From IMG/VR virus record IMGVR_UViG_3300022699_000302, positions 96,001-160,000 of that record: a DNA stretch of 64,000 nt; one strand, 5' to 3'. The stretch is from a virus. Below, piece after piece: positions 1 to 8,985 of the stretch. The number at the start of each line of letters is the position of its first letter. Within the stretch, counting starts at the first letter, position 1. The notes under the pieces were generated by a model. The model was not told where the DNA came from. It ran no database searches and worked only from the letters and a program-made list of their open reading frames with translations. Both the position numbers and the translations under genes were made by a program.

Positions 1-1
1 C

Positions 2-256
2 ATTCTCTGGACCTGCAGAGAAGACGATTCCGGGAAGGAACGGAAGCATTATCTCGAGAAGGCGGTAGAGTTCCTTAAGGAAAACGGTGTCGGTCTTCGT
101 AGTGTCAACGAGAATCTGCAGGAAGACGATTTTCGTGAGCCGCCGGCGAAGTCTCGTAAAGTGTTCGCCAATGTCTACATCGACGATCGTAACTTCGGCG
201 GATTCCCTGGCTGGAAAGAAGTCGAGAAATGGATGGAAAAGGAGGGATGGCTGTAA
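2..256 (+). CDS. HAD-superfamily hydrolase, C-terminal part (5'-truncated by window edge)
   Basis: Frame 2 reads ILWTCRE...AVEFLKENG...VNEN...KVFANVYIDDRNFGGFPGW*, typical motifs of small phage/bacterial HAD-like hydrolases; not in ORF track. Confidence 0.75.
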   Translation: MLWTCREDDSGKERKHYLEKAVEFLKENGVGLRSVNENLQEDDFREPPAKSRKVFANVYIDDRNFGGFPGWKEVEKWMEKEGWL

Positions 257-438
257 TGTACTTTCATACGTACATCCACAACATCGAAGACTACAATGTT
301 GATCTTGACGACGCAGTGAAAGCATATGTCCGGAATCGTTGTCCCGATACTGTTCGTGGAGTCCAGGAAGCATTGAGCAACCTGAAAACGGCTATCGCCG
401 GACTCGAAGAATGGCTGGAGGAGCATCAGAGCGAATGA
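256..438 (+). CDS. hypothetical protein
   Basis: ATG overlaps the upstream TAA (TAATG coupling); 60 aa. Confidence 0.65.
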   Translation: MYFHTYIHNIEDYNVDLDDAVKAYVRNRCPDTVRGVQEALSNLKTAIAGLEEWLEEHQSE

Positions 439-445
439 GGTAGTA

Positions 446-820
446 ATGACAGAACGTTGGTCTCGCGACAAACTGATCTGGATTCTGCGCACGATTCACT
501 GTATCAATCAAGGGCATTACGAGGACCTGAACGACCGGCAGCGAAAAACTGTAGATCTTGATGTTCATAAGTTGATCGAGCAGTACGACATCATCCGTAA
601 AGACTATGAAGTGGCCTGCGCACTCATCATCGGCGCTTACCGAGTCAACCAGGTTATTGCTGATGCCTTGGAACAACTAGTTGATGCCAAGGATCACAAA
701 GATACGTTCGGGAAGACACCGGTATACGAAGAGAAGCGTGTTGCGGCCTGGAAAGCGGCCCGGCACGCTCTTCGTGTTCAGCGAGGGGAGATAATGGTTG
801 ATGGAGAAGAAATCGGATAA
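446..820 (+). CDS. hypothetical protein (helical)
   Basis: 124-aa ORF, GAGG RBS, operon-like spacing. Confidence 0.75.
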   Translation: MTERWSRDKLIWILRTIHCINQGHYEDLNDRQRKTVDLDVHKLIEQYDIIRKDYEVACALIIGAYRVNQVIADALEQLVDAKDHKDTFGKTPVYEEKRVAAWKAARHALRVQRGEIMVDGEEIG

Positions 821-965
821 TTTTGGTTCGGAACGATGCCCGTATTGTGGTCACAATACTCGGTTGATATGGGTGCACGGGCATGCTCAGTGCTCTATAT
901 GTGGGGTAAACACTCATCCGTGCTGTAGTGGAGAGACTGTTAGATGCCTACTAGATATGCCGTAA
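801..965 (+). CDS. small Cys/His-rich zinc-ribbon protein
   Basis: Hand-translated MEKKSDNFGSERCPYCGHNTRLIWVHGHAQCSICGVNTHPCCSGETVRCLLDMP*; CxxC, HGH, CxxC, CC; below ORF-track cutoff. Confidence 0.7.
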   Translation: MEKKSDNFGSERCPYCGHNTRLIWVHGHAQCSICGVNTHPCCSGETVRCLLDMP

Positions 966-985
966 AGATCTTCTGCGACTCTCTT

Positions 986-1019
986 GAAACCCGCTTAGTC
1001 AGCGGGTTTCTTCTTTTTT
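986..1019 (+). terminator. intrinsic terminator
   Basis: GAAACCCGCT-tagtc-AGCGGGTTTC followed by TTCTTTTTT. Confidence 0.8.
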
Positions 1020-1081
1020 AGCTCTATTCTGTTCTTGGGCCGGACGACTGGCTGGCCTGATTTGTTTACAGGAGCCTCGCT

Positions 1082-1354
1082 ATGCTTCTACCTGAAGCCA
1101 CAGTCGAACAAATTGCTGATGAGCTGGATCGTCGATCCACTATCTCTTTTGTCCTTGCGTACAGGGACCTGGAGACCGGTGTTATTCGCATGCGAGCTCA
1201 TGGCGACTCCGGCGAATCATTAGTCCTTACTGGCGAACTCCTAGAGTTCATTGAGGAGAACGTGAATGGCGAACTCGAAGACCAAAAAGAACGATTCCGG
1301 GAAATCAAGGAAAAGTACGAGGAAGAAGGCGAGGAAGAAGAGCCAGAAGACTAA
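1082..1354 (+). CDS. hypothetical acidic protein
   Basis: 90-aa ORF with GGAG RBS; acidic C-terminus. Confidence 0.7.
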   Translation: MLLPEATVEQIADELDRRSTISFVLAYRDLETGVIRMRAHGDSGESLVLTGELLEFIEENVNGELEDQKERFREIKEKYEEEGEEEEPED

Positions 1355-1622
1355 GTCAAAGATCGATCTACGTGAGTGGGGAAAGAAAGCAACCAAGGAT
1401 AAGAAGGGTCGCCGGCGTCAGAGCGAGACGTTGAACTACCCCGAAGTCTGTGCCGCCATCGAAGAGGTATTGACGATGATGTCGCACGGTGAGATCTCGA
1501 TTGCAGCTAATCAGCTACACGAGATGTTGGTTGAAGAGTACGACTACCCCCTCACTGAAGCGGCGATGATGAACTACATCTACGCCCATCACAAGGAGCT
1601 GTGGGACCGACGCAATGGCTAA
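1266..1622 (+). CDS. hypothetical basic/helical protein (start uncertain)
   Basis: Stop overlaps start of the next gene; 5' part overlaps the previous ORF. Confidence 0.55.
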   Translation: MANSKTKKNDSGKSRKSTRKKARKKSQKTKSKIDLREWGKKATKDKKGRRRQSETLNYPEVCAAIEEVLTMMSHGEISIAANQLHEMLVEEYDYPLTEAAMMNYIYAHHKELWDRRNG

Positions 1623-2781
1623 AAAGAAGAGGCAATCTAAAGGATTATCCAAGGCTGAGCTAGAGAGACTCGAGAAGGCAAAAGCAAAGGCACGAGAGAA
1701 GGCGAAAGAAAAAGACGCAGAGGCCCATGAAGCCCGCGAGGAGCTCAGACTCCGACGAGCCCATCGCAAGCAGCAGAACCAACTCAACGAGCATCGTAAA
1801 CGAGAGCGTAAGCATCTCGATGAGATTGAAAGACTGGAGTCGCTGCTTCAGGTGGCCTTGGATATGAGAGATGACGCCGAAGAATGGCGTCCGATCAAGA
1901 TAAAGACTAAAGAGAAAGGGACGGCACGAGAAGGAACAGCCGTTGTCTTGTTTAGCGATATCCACCCTGAAGAGATCGTGAAACCAGAGACGGTAGCAGG
2001 GCTCAATGAATTCAATCCAGATATCGCCGAAGAAAGGATCCACAGCCTTATAGAGGGCATCCGATGGAATCTCGAGACGGTTCGTCATAACAAGGGAAAA
2101 GCAGGCTACCGTGTTCGCGACTTGATGTTGTGTCTGCTGGGCGATCTAATCTCGAATACTATTCATGCCGACCTCAGTGAGTCCAATGCTTTAGGGCCGG
2201 CTGATGCAGTGAACTTCGTATTCGACCTTATCCAAACAGTGATCGACGCGCTGCTTGAAGACCCATACCTTGAGAACATCATTATCCCGTGTGTCATGGG
2301 CAATCACGATCGGATGACCAAGCGCAACCGACATCAGACCAAAGCCCAGACATCTCTTGCCACAATTATCTATGCTAATCTTCGCCGGCTCTATCGGGAC
2401 GAAGACCGGGTGACCTTTGACATTGCTCGGGGAAATCTTCTTTATGTCGACGTCTACGGCAAGATGATCCGAAACACTCACGGAGACGATATCCGGTATA
2501 ATGGTGGTGTGGGCGGCCTTACTATCCCGATGCGTAAAGCGCTTGATAGCTGGGATCGCTCGGTGTCAGCAGCAATCACAAACTGCGGTCACTGGCACCA
2601 GGTAATGGATGGAAAGGACTTCTGTGTCAACGGAAGCATCATTGGATACGGCCCTTTTGCTCAAGCGATTAAGGCACGATTTGAACCTGCTGCTCAGGTG
2701 TTCTATCTTATCGACCCTGATCGAGGTAAGAGATTCTTTACACCGATCCAAGTGCAGGACTGTCCGGGACACTGGAGTTAG
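1615..2781 (+). CDS. calcineurin-like metallophosphoesterase with N-terminal coiled coil
   Basis: Motifs SDIH, LGDLI, GNHDR, HGD, GHWH in canonical order. Confidence 0.85.
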   Translation: MAKKKRQSKGLSKAELERLEKAKAKAREKAKEKDAEAHEAREELRLRRAHRKQQNQLNEHRKRERKHLDEIERLESLLQVALDMRDDAEEWRPIKIKTKEKGTAREGTAVVLFSDIHPEEIVKPETVAGLNEFNPDIAEERIHSLIEGIRWNLETVRHNKGKAGYRVRDLMLCLLGDLISNTIHADLSESNALGPADAVNFVFDLIQTVIDALLEDPYLENIIIPCVMGNHDRMTKRNRHQTKAQTSLATIIYANLRRLYRDEDRVTFDIARGNLLYVDVYGKMIRNTHGDDIRYNGGVGGLTIPMRKALDSWDRSVSAAITNCGHWHQVMDGKDFCVNGSIIGYGPFAQAIKARFEPAAQVFYLIDPDRGKRFFTPIQVQDCPGHWS

Positions 2782-2798
2782 TCAGCTCTAGGAACGGA

Positions 2799-3056
2799 AT
2801 GTACTACTTGGTCACCGTCTACATGTATGACAACGATAACGAGACCTGGGGGGCTGGTAGTCGTGTTGAGGAGGCAGCTAGTGCTGAAGCCGCAAAAGCA
2901 ATCGTATCGGCATCTTTTCGAGATGCAGCTGACTCGCTAGACATTGACATAACGTCGGTTACGGCGAGAAAGCTGACAGAAGCGGAGACTGAGACTTATA
3001 TCAGGAAGTATAAGCCGCCCCCGGAAGACGACAGCGATTGGAATTTTTTCGACTAA
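2799..3056 (+). CDS. hypothetical protein
   Basis: 85-aa ORF with AGGA RBS, ends at a terminator. Confidence 0.7.
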   Translation: MYYLVTVYMYDNDNETWGAGSRVEEAASAEAAKAIVSASFRDAADSLDIDITSVTARKLTEAETETYIRKYKPPPEDDSDWNFFD

Positions 3057-3089
3057 AAAAGAAGGACCCATCGGGGTCCTTCTCTCTTT
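3055..3089. terminator. bidirectional intrinsic terminator between convergent gene blocks
   Basis: AAAAAA-GAAGGACCC-atcg-GGGTCCTTC-TCTCTTT. Confidence 0.85.
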
Positions 3090-3360
3090 ACTTCTCTTTG
3101 AAGTCAGTGGCATCGAAGCTGAAGGACGTTGTTTCTACCTCGTCCCCCTCTGCAACCACCTCAGCCTCGTCGACGCTGTCGAGCGAGTCATCGTAGAGAT
3201 AGGGTAAGTCGGGCAACCCTCCTATCTCAAACTCCTTCTCGATGAACTGAGCAGCTTGTTCAGCGTTGTAAGCCTTCACCGGGATACGGAAACATACCCG
3301 GAAATCTGCCCAGACTTCAAAGATCTTCTCTTCTTGACGGGTCCCATTTTCCTGTCCCAT
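3088..3360 (-). CDS. hypothetical acidic protein
   Basis: ORF 3088..3459; likely ATG at 3360 (MGQENG) after GGAG. Confidence 0.65.
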   Translation of the reverse strand: MGQENGTRQEEKIFEVWADFRVCFRIPVKAYNAEQAAQFIEKEFEIGGLPDLPYLYDDSLDSVDEAEVVAEGDEVETTSFSFDATDFKEK

Positions 3361-3652
3361 CTCGTCTCCCTGGCAACTGGGAGTTGTACGGAGCGTACGG
3401 GTAAGGCGTATGGTCGTCATCTTTGAGATTATCGCACTGACGGAATCCCAGAAAGTCAAAGACTCCCTGGATCGCGTGAGACAATATCATTGCGACGATG
3501 TAGATTGGAATGAAGGGGAATAGCACAGACAGGATCATGAGATCACTGGTTGAGTCCTCGTCTCCCCGTAGAAAGATAAGGAGTATGAGCGTAATCAAAA
3601 TCCCTGTGCTGTACCCCAACACGAGTTCAGGAGTGAGTAAGAGATCTGGCAT
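3317..3652 (-). CDS. hypothetical membrane protein (2 TM)
   Basis: Two hydrophobic segments; start coupled to upstream stop. Confidence 0.7.
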   Translation of the reverse strand: MPDLLLTPELVLGYSTGILITLILLIFLRGDEDSTSDLMILSVLFPFIPIYIVAMILSHAIQGVFDFLGFRQCDNLKDDDHTPYPYAPYNSQLPGRRDGTGKWDPSRREDL

Positions 3653-3882
3653 TAGTCCACCTCGATGCCGTTCTCTATCAGTTTAGCTTTACGCGCCTCT
3701 CTTTCGGCCTCGAGTTCCTCAACCAAGTCCGACCAGTCTTGTTCTCGCTCTAAACTTTTATTCAGCATATCCAAGACTGTGTTGGCCCGACGGTTCCACC
3801 AGAAAGTGGCAATGCCGGCACCGATCAGGAGAGCGGTCATGTACGAGCTGATAACGAGCAGAGCTACAATCGGGTCACTCAT
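3652..3882 (-). CDS. hypothetical membrane-anchored coiled-coil protein
   Basis: N-terminal TM helix then charged helix; GAGG RBS. Confidence 0.7.
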   Translation of the reverse strand: MSDPIVALLVISSYMTALLIGAGIATFWWNRRANTVLDMLNKSLEREQDWSDLVEELEAEREARKAKLIENGIEVD

Positions 3883-3891
3883 GATTTATCC

Positions 3892-4275
3892 TCAGTTGAA
3901 ATTCACTCCGTGTCTGGCCTCTCCGTAGATCCTTATGGCAACGTCATCCAGATTTCCTGGCTTCAGTTTTCCGCATTGAATCTTCAAGCGAAGGCATTTC
4001 GGATCGGTCTCATCGGTGAGTTTTTGTCGTATTAGCTCGCTGATGAGGATCGTAAACCGCTTGAAGGTGTAGTACTCCAGCAGTTGCCGATGATTGTAGA
4101 TTACGCCCTTTAACTGAAGAGCAGCAACCTCTCCGCTCCAAAGGAAAAGATCGTACATGCTGGGAGCGTAATCATGCATGTACTCGACGATCGACTCACT
4201 AGGGCCGACTTCGGACAGCAGCGTTATACACAATCTACTGACATCGTCTAATTGAACATTGGGTACATCACGCAC
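3892..4275 (-). CDS. hypothetical protein, paralog family A
   Basis: Shares (W)xx(A/S)GEVAALxxxGxIY motif with 4268..4627. Confidence 0.7.
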   Translation of the reverse strand: MRDVPNVQLDDVSRLCITLLSEVGPSESIVEYMHDYAPSMYDLFLWSGEVAALQLKGVIYNHRQLLEYYTFKRFTILISELIRQKLTDETDPKCLRLKIQCGKLKPGNLDDVAIRIYGEARHGVNFN

Positions 4276-4627
4276 CGATCCTCCTTGGCCATGTCGGCAC
4301 TTTGTTCATGTCAACAAATTCGAGGTAGGCATCAGCCATATCCACAAGTTCTTCGTTGTAGTCCGAGTCGACAGTGAAGAATCGTTTTGTAACAAGAATC
4401 TGTCGGAATAGATCGAGCTGATCGGCGCGGAATACCTTGTTCATGTCTTTGGTTTCGTAGATCTCCCCATAGGCTCGAAGAGCAGCTACCTCGCCGGCTT
4501 TGATCCAGGAGGTGTAGACGTTGGGGGTGAGATCACGCATAGCTTCAATAACGTCTGGTACTACTCCTTCTGCAAGGAGGTAGCATAAGACGAAGTCTAA
4601 ATGCTCCTCGTCAGTTTTCCCTGTCAT
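4268..4627 (-). CDS. hypothetical protein, paralog family A
   Basis: WIKAGEVAALRAYGEIY...FRADQLDLFRQIL. Confidence 0.7.
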   Translation of the reverse strand: MTGKTDEEHLDFVLCYLLAEGVVPDVIEAMRDLTPNVYTSWIKAGEVAALRAYGEIYETKDMNKVFRADQLDLFRQILVTKRFFTVDSDYNEELVDMADAYLEFVDMNKVPTWPRRIGA

Positions 4628-4949
4628 CAACTTTGAACCTCTTTCGGAAGGATAGTTGGTCCATAGCCATCACCTCGTTAGGTGTGGTGGTTTTGAACGG
4701 GATTACGTAGGACCCGTTGTCCGCTTCGTCGGAAGCATTAGCAATCTCGACTAGGATTCCGTCGACTCCTCGTTCAGCCCACACTTGCCCTCCAACCCTG
4801 AATGTAAGTGATACCATCAAGGCCTGGATAGGATCATCGGAACCGATGACTACTGGTAGGGGCGGTTCAGCAGAGGAAGGGGAGGTGCGCACTTTCTCCC
4901 CTTTCTTCCTGCTGAAGATCTTCTTGATCCAGTGAAATAGTCTTTTCAT
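4611..4949 (-). CDS. hypothetical protein
   Basis: 112-aa ORF coupled to neighbours. Confidence 0.65.
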   Translation of the reverse strand: MKRLFHWIKKIFSRKKGEKVRTSPSSAEPPLPVVIGSDDPIQALMVSLTFRVGGQVWAERGVDGILVEIANASDEADNGSYVIPFKTTTPNEVMAMDQLSFRKRFKVDDREN

Positions 4950-5434
4950 GAGCTGGGAAGCGGAATAGGCTCAGGAGCGCCCAAACCTACGTCACTGATT
5001 TCTCCTTTCTTCTCGGGACCGTCGTCTTCTTCGTCTTCTTCATCGTCATCATCACTCTCATCATTCCGAGAATCGAGGGGGCCCATGTCATGCAAGGCCT
5101 CCATCAGTTCCACTAGGATCTCGCTTTCCCACCCGCAAAGTATGAAGATAACCCCGTTATTGCTGAAATCAGCAAAGAAGAAATCAACTGTGTCCTCGTC
5201 AACACTGGTGGGGATTGCGGGTGTGAGATCCCCCATTTCGTCCAGCATGTTCACCAACCAAGTCGGGTCAAATCCTAATTCTTCATCTTCTTTGATGCAG
5301 AACTGGGAATAGACTTCACGAGGATTGATCGGTACCACCATCAAGAAAGTGAGAGTATCCCACTCCTCAAACCCCAATGTATCCAAAGCATCAAGGGCAG
5401 CATCAAGCGCCCGAGTCGTCGGTTTTATTGCCAT
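4946..5434 (-). CDS. hypothetical acidic protein
   Basis: 162-aa ORF, D/E-rich C-terminus. Confidence 0.7.
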   Translation of the reverse strand: MAIKPTTRALDAALDALDTLGFEEWDTLTFLMVVPINPREVYSQFCIKEDEELGFDPTWLVNMLDEMGDLTPAIPTSVDEDTVDFFFADFSNNGVIFILCGWESEILVELMEALHDMGPLDSRNDESDDDDEEDEEDDGPEKKGEISDVGLGAPEPIPLPSS

Positions 5435-6143
5435 GTGTGCGAACTTTCTTCTTGGAACGGACTTCCTTTACTACCTTGGCGCCTCTGATCGGCTGAACGT
5501 TGTACGGCTTGAACATCGTCGACCACTCGGATCCGCATTGTTTGCATTTCAGATCAGCAGTGGCGTGAGGTGGTCTGTTGGACAGGCGCCAGATAGCCCG
5601 TGGGAGAGCAACCTCGTGATGTTCCTGACAGAACGGACAGGTATGAATATCTTTCTGAAACCAGGTGGCGTCGAATTCAAGCTGAACCAGCATCGTGTTG
5701 CTCTCGTCTAGTTCAACGACAGGCAGTTCCGGTACTTTTGGGTTTCTCTTACGATATTCCCGGACCAACTGTCGGAGAGCGTTTGGACTATCAACGCACT
5801 CCTCGATATCGCTGAGACCGATTGAGGGGTAAGGATCGAACTGCTCAGGCGACTGCCATTCCGGACGATATACCATCCAGTACTCCGGACCCTGCCAGTC
5901 CTGATCGACTTCGATATTGAAGGGAAGATTGTGCTTCTTACAGAATTTTTCGTGCTCAGGAAATTGTCCCCAGCTTGCCAAAGGATCGAAGAGTTCGATG
6001 TGTTTACCGACACAGTCCTGCACAGATGCGGGTTGTTCCTCTATCCGGTACTTTTCCATCAGCTCGTCGAAATCTTTGGCCATCGTTGGAGTAAATACTC
6101 CACCGACGATCATCCGTGCTGCAGACGTATTACTCATTGGCAT
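5403..6143 (-). CDS. hypothetical protein with C-terminal zinc ribbon
   Basis: CPFC...CKQC pair near C-terminus; start approximate (ATG 6143 or 6137). Confidence 0.7.
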   Translation of the reverse strand: MPMSNTSAARMIVGGVFTPTMAKDFDELMEKYRIEEQPASVQDCVGKHIELFDPLASWGQFPEHEKFCKKHNLPFNIEVDQDWQGPEYWMVYRPEWQSPEQFDPYPSIGLSDIEECVDSPNALRQLVREYRKRNPKVPELPVVELDESNTMLVQLEFDATWFQKDIHTCPFCQEHHEVALPRAIWRLSNRPPHATADLKCKQCGSEWSTMFKPYNVQPIRGAKVVKEVRSKKKVRTHGNKTDDSGA

Positions 6144-6384
6144 CTTCTCCGTCGTTGGCGTCGTCATAATCCAGAACTCCGATGTCATCGAGATCAAACA
6201 CCGGAATCATCGGCGTATCGCCTACGAAATTATCGACGGAGTCGTCTGCACTGTCGGAGGGGTAATACTCCGAGATAGCGTCCCAATCGATTAGGATCAC
6301 TTGTCGATCTGTGTCTTGGCTGAATGCTTGTTGGACGACTCCTCCTGATACGACTATGACTACGGCATTATTTGGTACTAGCAT
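6130..6384 (-). CDS. hypothetical acidic protein
   Basis: VIVVSGGVVQ...VILIDWD pattern; ATG directly follows upstream TAA. Confidence 0.7.
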   Translation of the reverse strand: MLVPNNAVVIVVSGGVVQQAFSQDTDRQVILIDWDAISEYYPSDSADDSVDNFVGDTPMIPVFDLDDIGVLDYDDANDGEDANE

Positions 6385-6942
6385 TTAATCCTCCAATAGA
6401 TCAGCCACTAACCCCCCAAGAACAATGCTGGGGAGCTGAGTGTGCATGTAGCGGTAGTGTCTTTCGACTTCTTCCGCGTCCTCTTCAGTGAATTGATGTG
6501 AATAGTAGAGCATGTGCTGGAACTGTTCACGAGCTCGCCTGAAATCTTGAATTAAGTTTCGGGAATGGGAGATGTTCGGGGGAGAGTAGAACTCCCGGAT
6601 GGTCTCAATCTCCTGGATGTAGAGGATCTCTCGTTGAATCAAGAGTATCTCGAAGGACTCGTCCCGATCTAATTCAAACTTCATGTTGGATGAGAGAGAA
6701 TTGTAGATGTTCTGAGGACCCTGATAATGCAGGATTGCGGTCTCCTCCCCCGCCTGAGCCCAAAGATGCTGAAATCGCCACGCCGCTAAAAGCTTGTAGA
6801 ATCTTTCGGTTTTTGTGTCACGATTCCAGGGCATCTCGTGGCGTAGGCACACCAGCCTACCGGCTCGGTTCCTTATTTCTCCCGGCGACGTAGTTGAGTT
6901 CCTCAATGCTTCTTCGACGGTGTTCAGTGTCGGTGTGGTCAT
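6385..6942 (-). CDS. hypothetical protein, divergent member of paralog family A
   Basis: WAQAGEETAILHYQGPQNIYNS...F motif. Confidence 0.65.
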   Translation of the reverse strand: MTTPTLNTVEEALRNSTTSPGEIRNRAGRLVCLRHEMPWNRDTKTERFYKLLAAWRFQHLWAQAGEETAILHYQGPQNIYNSLSSNMKFELDRDESFEILLIQREILYIQEIETIREFYSPPNISHSRNLIQDFRRAREQFQHMLYYSHQFTEEDAEEVERHYRYMHTQLPSIVLGGLVADLLED

Positions 6943-7232
6943 ATCAGGATCCCCATTCCAGAAAAGGACTTCTGATCCAGCAGATCAGCATCAACCATCA
7001 ACTGCCGAAAAAAATTGAGGCGCTTAGCTGAGAATTGACTGTTAGCTTCAGCGCTCTTATAGATGTCGGGGATGACGATGGCGGCGTATTCACTCGCTAT
7101 CCGCCACTGCAGGTCGACGCCGGCCTCACTGAACATCTTCAGACCGTCACGATGGGCTCCGACCAGCATGTATTGAATTCCGTTATAGATACGGAGTTTT
7201 CGAGCATTGGAATACATAGAATCGGCGATCAC
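6939..7232 (-). CDS. hypothetical protein, paralog family A
   Basis: WRIASEYAAIVIPDIYKS...FSAKRLNFFRQLM. Confidence 0.7.
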   Translation of the reverse strand: MIADSMYSNARKLRIYNGIQYMLVGAHRDGLKMFSEAGVDLQWRIASEYAAIVIPDIYKSAEANSQFSAKRLNFFRQLMVDADLLDQKSFSGMGILI

Positions 7233-7540
7233 GATATGGGCACCTTTCGTACTTCGGGATTGAGGTAGGTTCCGGCAGTCATGGCGATGCCGATATACTC
7301 CTCGGGAGCGATCACGCCACGTTCCTCCAGAATGTCACGGAAAAACGAATACCTATTCCTTACGAAATTGACGTGAGTTCCGTGGGAGGTGTAGACAGTC
7401 TTACCGGCTTCCAGAGCAGCTTGCTCTGAGGCATACCTCCACTCTTCCTCTAAACCCAATTCTTCGAGAATGACGACTCCTCCTTTATCCAGTCGGGTAA
7501 AGAAGAAGTCGGCTAGTAACTGGCAAAATCTTGGTGTCAT
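7229..7540 (-). CDS. hypothetical protein, paralog family A
   Basis: WRYASEQAALEAGKTVY...FVRNRYSFFRDIL; ATG 7540 after AGGAGG. Confidence 0.7.
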   Translation of the reverse strand: MTPRFCQLLADFFFTRLDKGGVVILEELGLEEEWRYASEQAALEAGKTVYTSHGTHVNFVRNRYSFFRDILEERGVIAPEEYIGIAMTAGTYLNPEVRKVPIS

Positions 7541-7566
7541 CCACCCTCCTAAATAATCTCTCAAAT

Positions 7567-7575
7567 TCTTAGGCC
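7567..7575 (-). promoter_or_regulatory. GGCCTAAGA promoter-like motif, copy 1
   Basis: Intergenic, upstream of 7540 gene; recurs at 9028, 25701, 26298, 27392 (variant), 28841, 42729. Confidence 0.65.
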
Positions 7576-7576
7576 A

Positions 7577-8632
7577 CTACTTCTTCTGTTTGTTCTGAGT
7601 GGCAAGCGGTGTGTATCCAACCGGCTCGATGATGTGGGCGTGCTCGAACTTTCCGTGTGTGATGATGTAGGGCTTGGGAGCAGGTTGTTCGTAGTAGATC
7701 TCGAACCACACCCAATGGAGGTGTGCTAGGAAGAGCTTGGTGGCGTATCGCATTGCCCGGAGATCAAGACGCGCCGGCGGAAGCATCCCCTGGGAATACC
7801 ACTTGTAGGCTTCTGTGCTCTTGCTGTAGTTCTTAGTGGCTAGGGATTCCTCGGCTTGTTTTTGATATTTCTTCTCCTGGTTATTTTTCTCCTCGTACCT
7901 CTTCCGCCCTACGTAGATGTGTCCGTAGACACAATTGGGCCGAAAACTGTTTCTCTTGAATGACTCGCCGATCTTCCAGCACAGGTCCTTGAGATTTTGG
8001 TTGAAGGGCCGTCGTTTGATAGCCCTTTTCAGATTGGCCAGGGTGAACTTTTCTTTGTCGCCGTAAGACCGCATGGCGTCGATGATCGTCTGGGGCCGAC
8101 GGTTCATCTCTTCGGCTACTTGGTGGATTTGTTCGATCGTGACCGTTTTTGAGGTGATGCCAAGATCGGCGAGGAATGGGTCAACTTGCTTCTTTCCCAA
8201 CCACACGATTTTGGGGAGAAGCCCGGCATAGCTCCAGATATGCCCAGCCGTCGGCGCTTTAGCGATATCGATGTGAGCCAGAAGCCCTGCAGTGATCACA
8301 GGACCAATCCCCGTGATACTCATGCACCATTTGCCGACTTCTGTGTTTTTAGCGTAGACCTTCAAAACGGACGCCAAGATCTTCTCGATCCGCTCGGAGT
8401 TGGCCCCAAGAAAGTCGATCAGCTTATGGGGCTCGACTTTTCCCAGTGATCGACTTTGGTTTTTGAGGCGAATTCGATTGGCTTGGTGGATGTAGTAAGC
8501 ATCGACCAAGAACCGAGCTTCATTTGCGGTCATCTCAATCGCGGCAGCTTTTAAGTCAGTAGACAGCCGTGTCTTGATCAACTCCATAGTCAGGAGCTCA
8601 TCGACGTCCTGTTTTGCTTCTTTTTCCTGCAT
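7577..8632 (-). CDS. IS110/IS116/IS902-transposase-like protein (C-terminal Tnp domain only)
   Basis: SITGIGPVITAGLLAHIDIAKAPTAGHIWSYAGL matches the Transposase_20 pattern; no N-terminal DEDD RuvC domain recognised. Confidence 0.7.
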   Translation of the reverse strand: MQEKEAKQDVDELLTMELIKTRLSTDLKAAAIEMTANEARFLVDAYYIHQANRIRLKNQSRSLGKVEPHKLIDFLGANSERIEKILASVLKVYAKNTEVGKWCMSITGIGPVITAGLLAHIDIAKAPTAGHIWSYAGLLPKIVWLGKKQVDPFLADLGITSKTVTIEQIHQVAEEMNRRPQTIIDAMRSYGDKEKFTLANLKRAIKRRPFNQNLKDLCWKIGESFKRNSFRPNCVYGHIYVGRKRYEEKNNQEKKYQKQAEESLATKNYSKSTEAYKWYSQGMLPPARLDLRAMRYATKLFLAHLHWVWFEIYYEQPAPKPYIITHGKFEHAHIIEPVGYTPLATQNKQKK

Positions 8633-8644
8633 AATCTCTCCACT

Positions 8645-8670
8645 AAAAAGAGAGGCCCGAAGGCCTCTCT
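8645..8670 (-). terminator. intrinsic terminator (cUUCGg loop)
   Basis: Minus strand AGAGAGGCC-TTCG-GGCCTCTCT-TTTT. Confidence 0.8.
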
Positions 8671-8673
8671 TAC

Positions 8674-8985
8674 CTACAAATATGCCTCGATCGCCAGATG
8701 GCGAACGAAGTCCTCCAGGGCCCGTACTTCCTCTTCGAGCTCCTTTTGGCTCGAAGCGTGATGAAGGATCCTGACAGCCTCTGCCCGGACCGCAGGATCA
8801 GTCTCAATCCTCGGCAGCAAGTCAGGACATCCCAACGCCCTCACAAGAGGCGGTACGATATCTCCGTACAATGCATTGAAGCTTTTCTCAGGAGCATTGG
8901 GTGGGAGTTTCTTCAGCTTTTCCAATGCTCCGTCGATCAGGACTTCGTTCTTGAACAACTGATTGAGTGGGACTGCTTCTGACAT
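8674..8985 (-). CDS. hypothetical helical protein
   Basis: ATG 8985 after GGGGGA; between GGCCTAAGA motif and terminator. Confidence 0.7.
   Translation of the reverse strand: MSEAVPLNQLFKNEVLIDGALEKLKKLPPNAPEKSFNALYGDIVPPLVRALGCPDLLPRIETDPAVRAEAVRILHHASSQKELEEEVRALEDFVRHLAIEAYL

Noticed and set aside
7577-8674. Active IS110 element with bridge RNA
   Set aside because: No RuvC DEDD domain, no serine loop, and no sufficient non-coding end.
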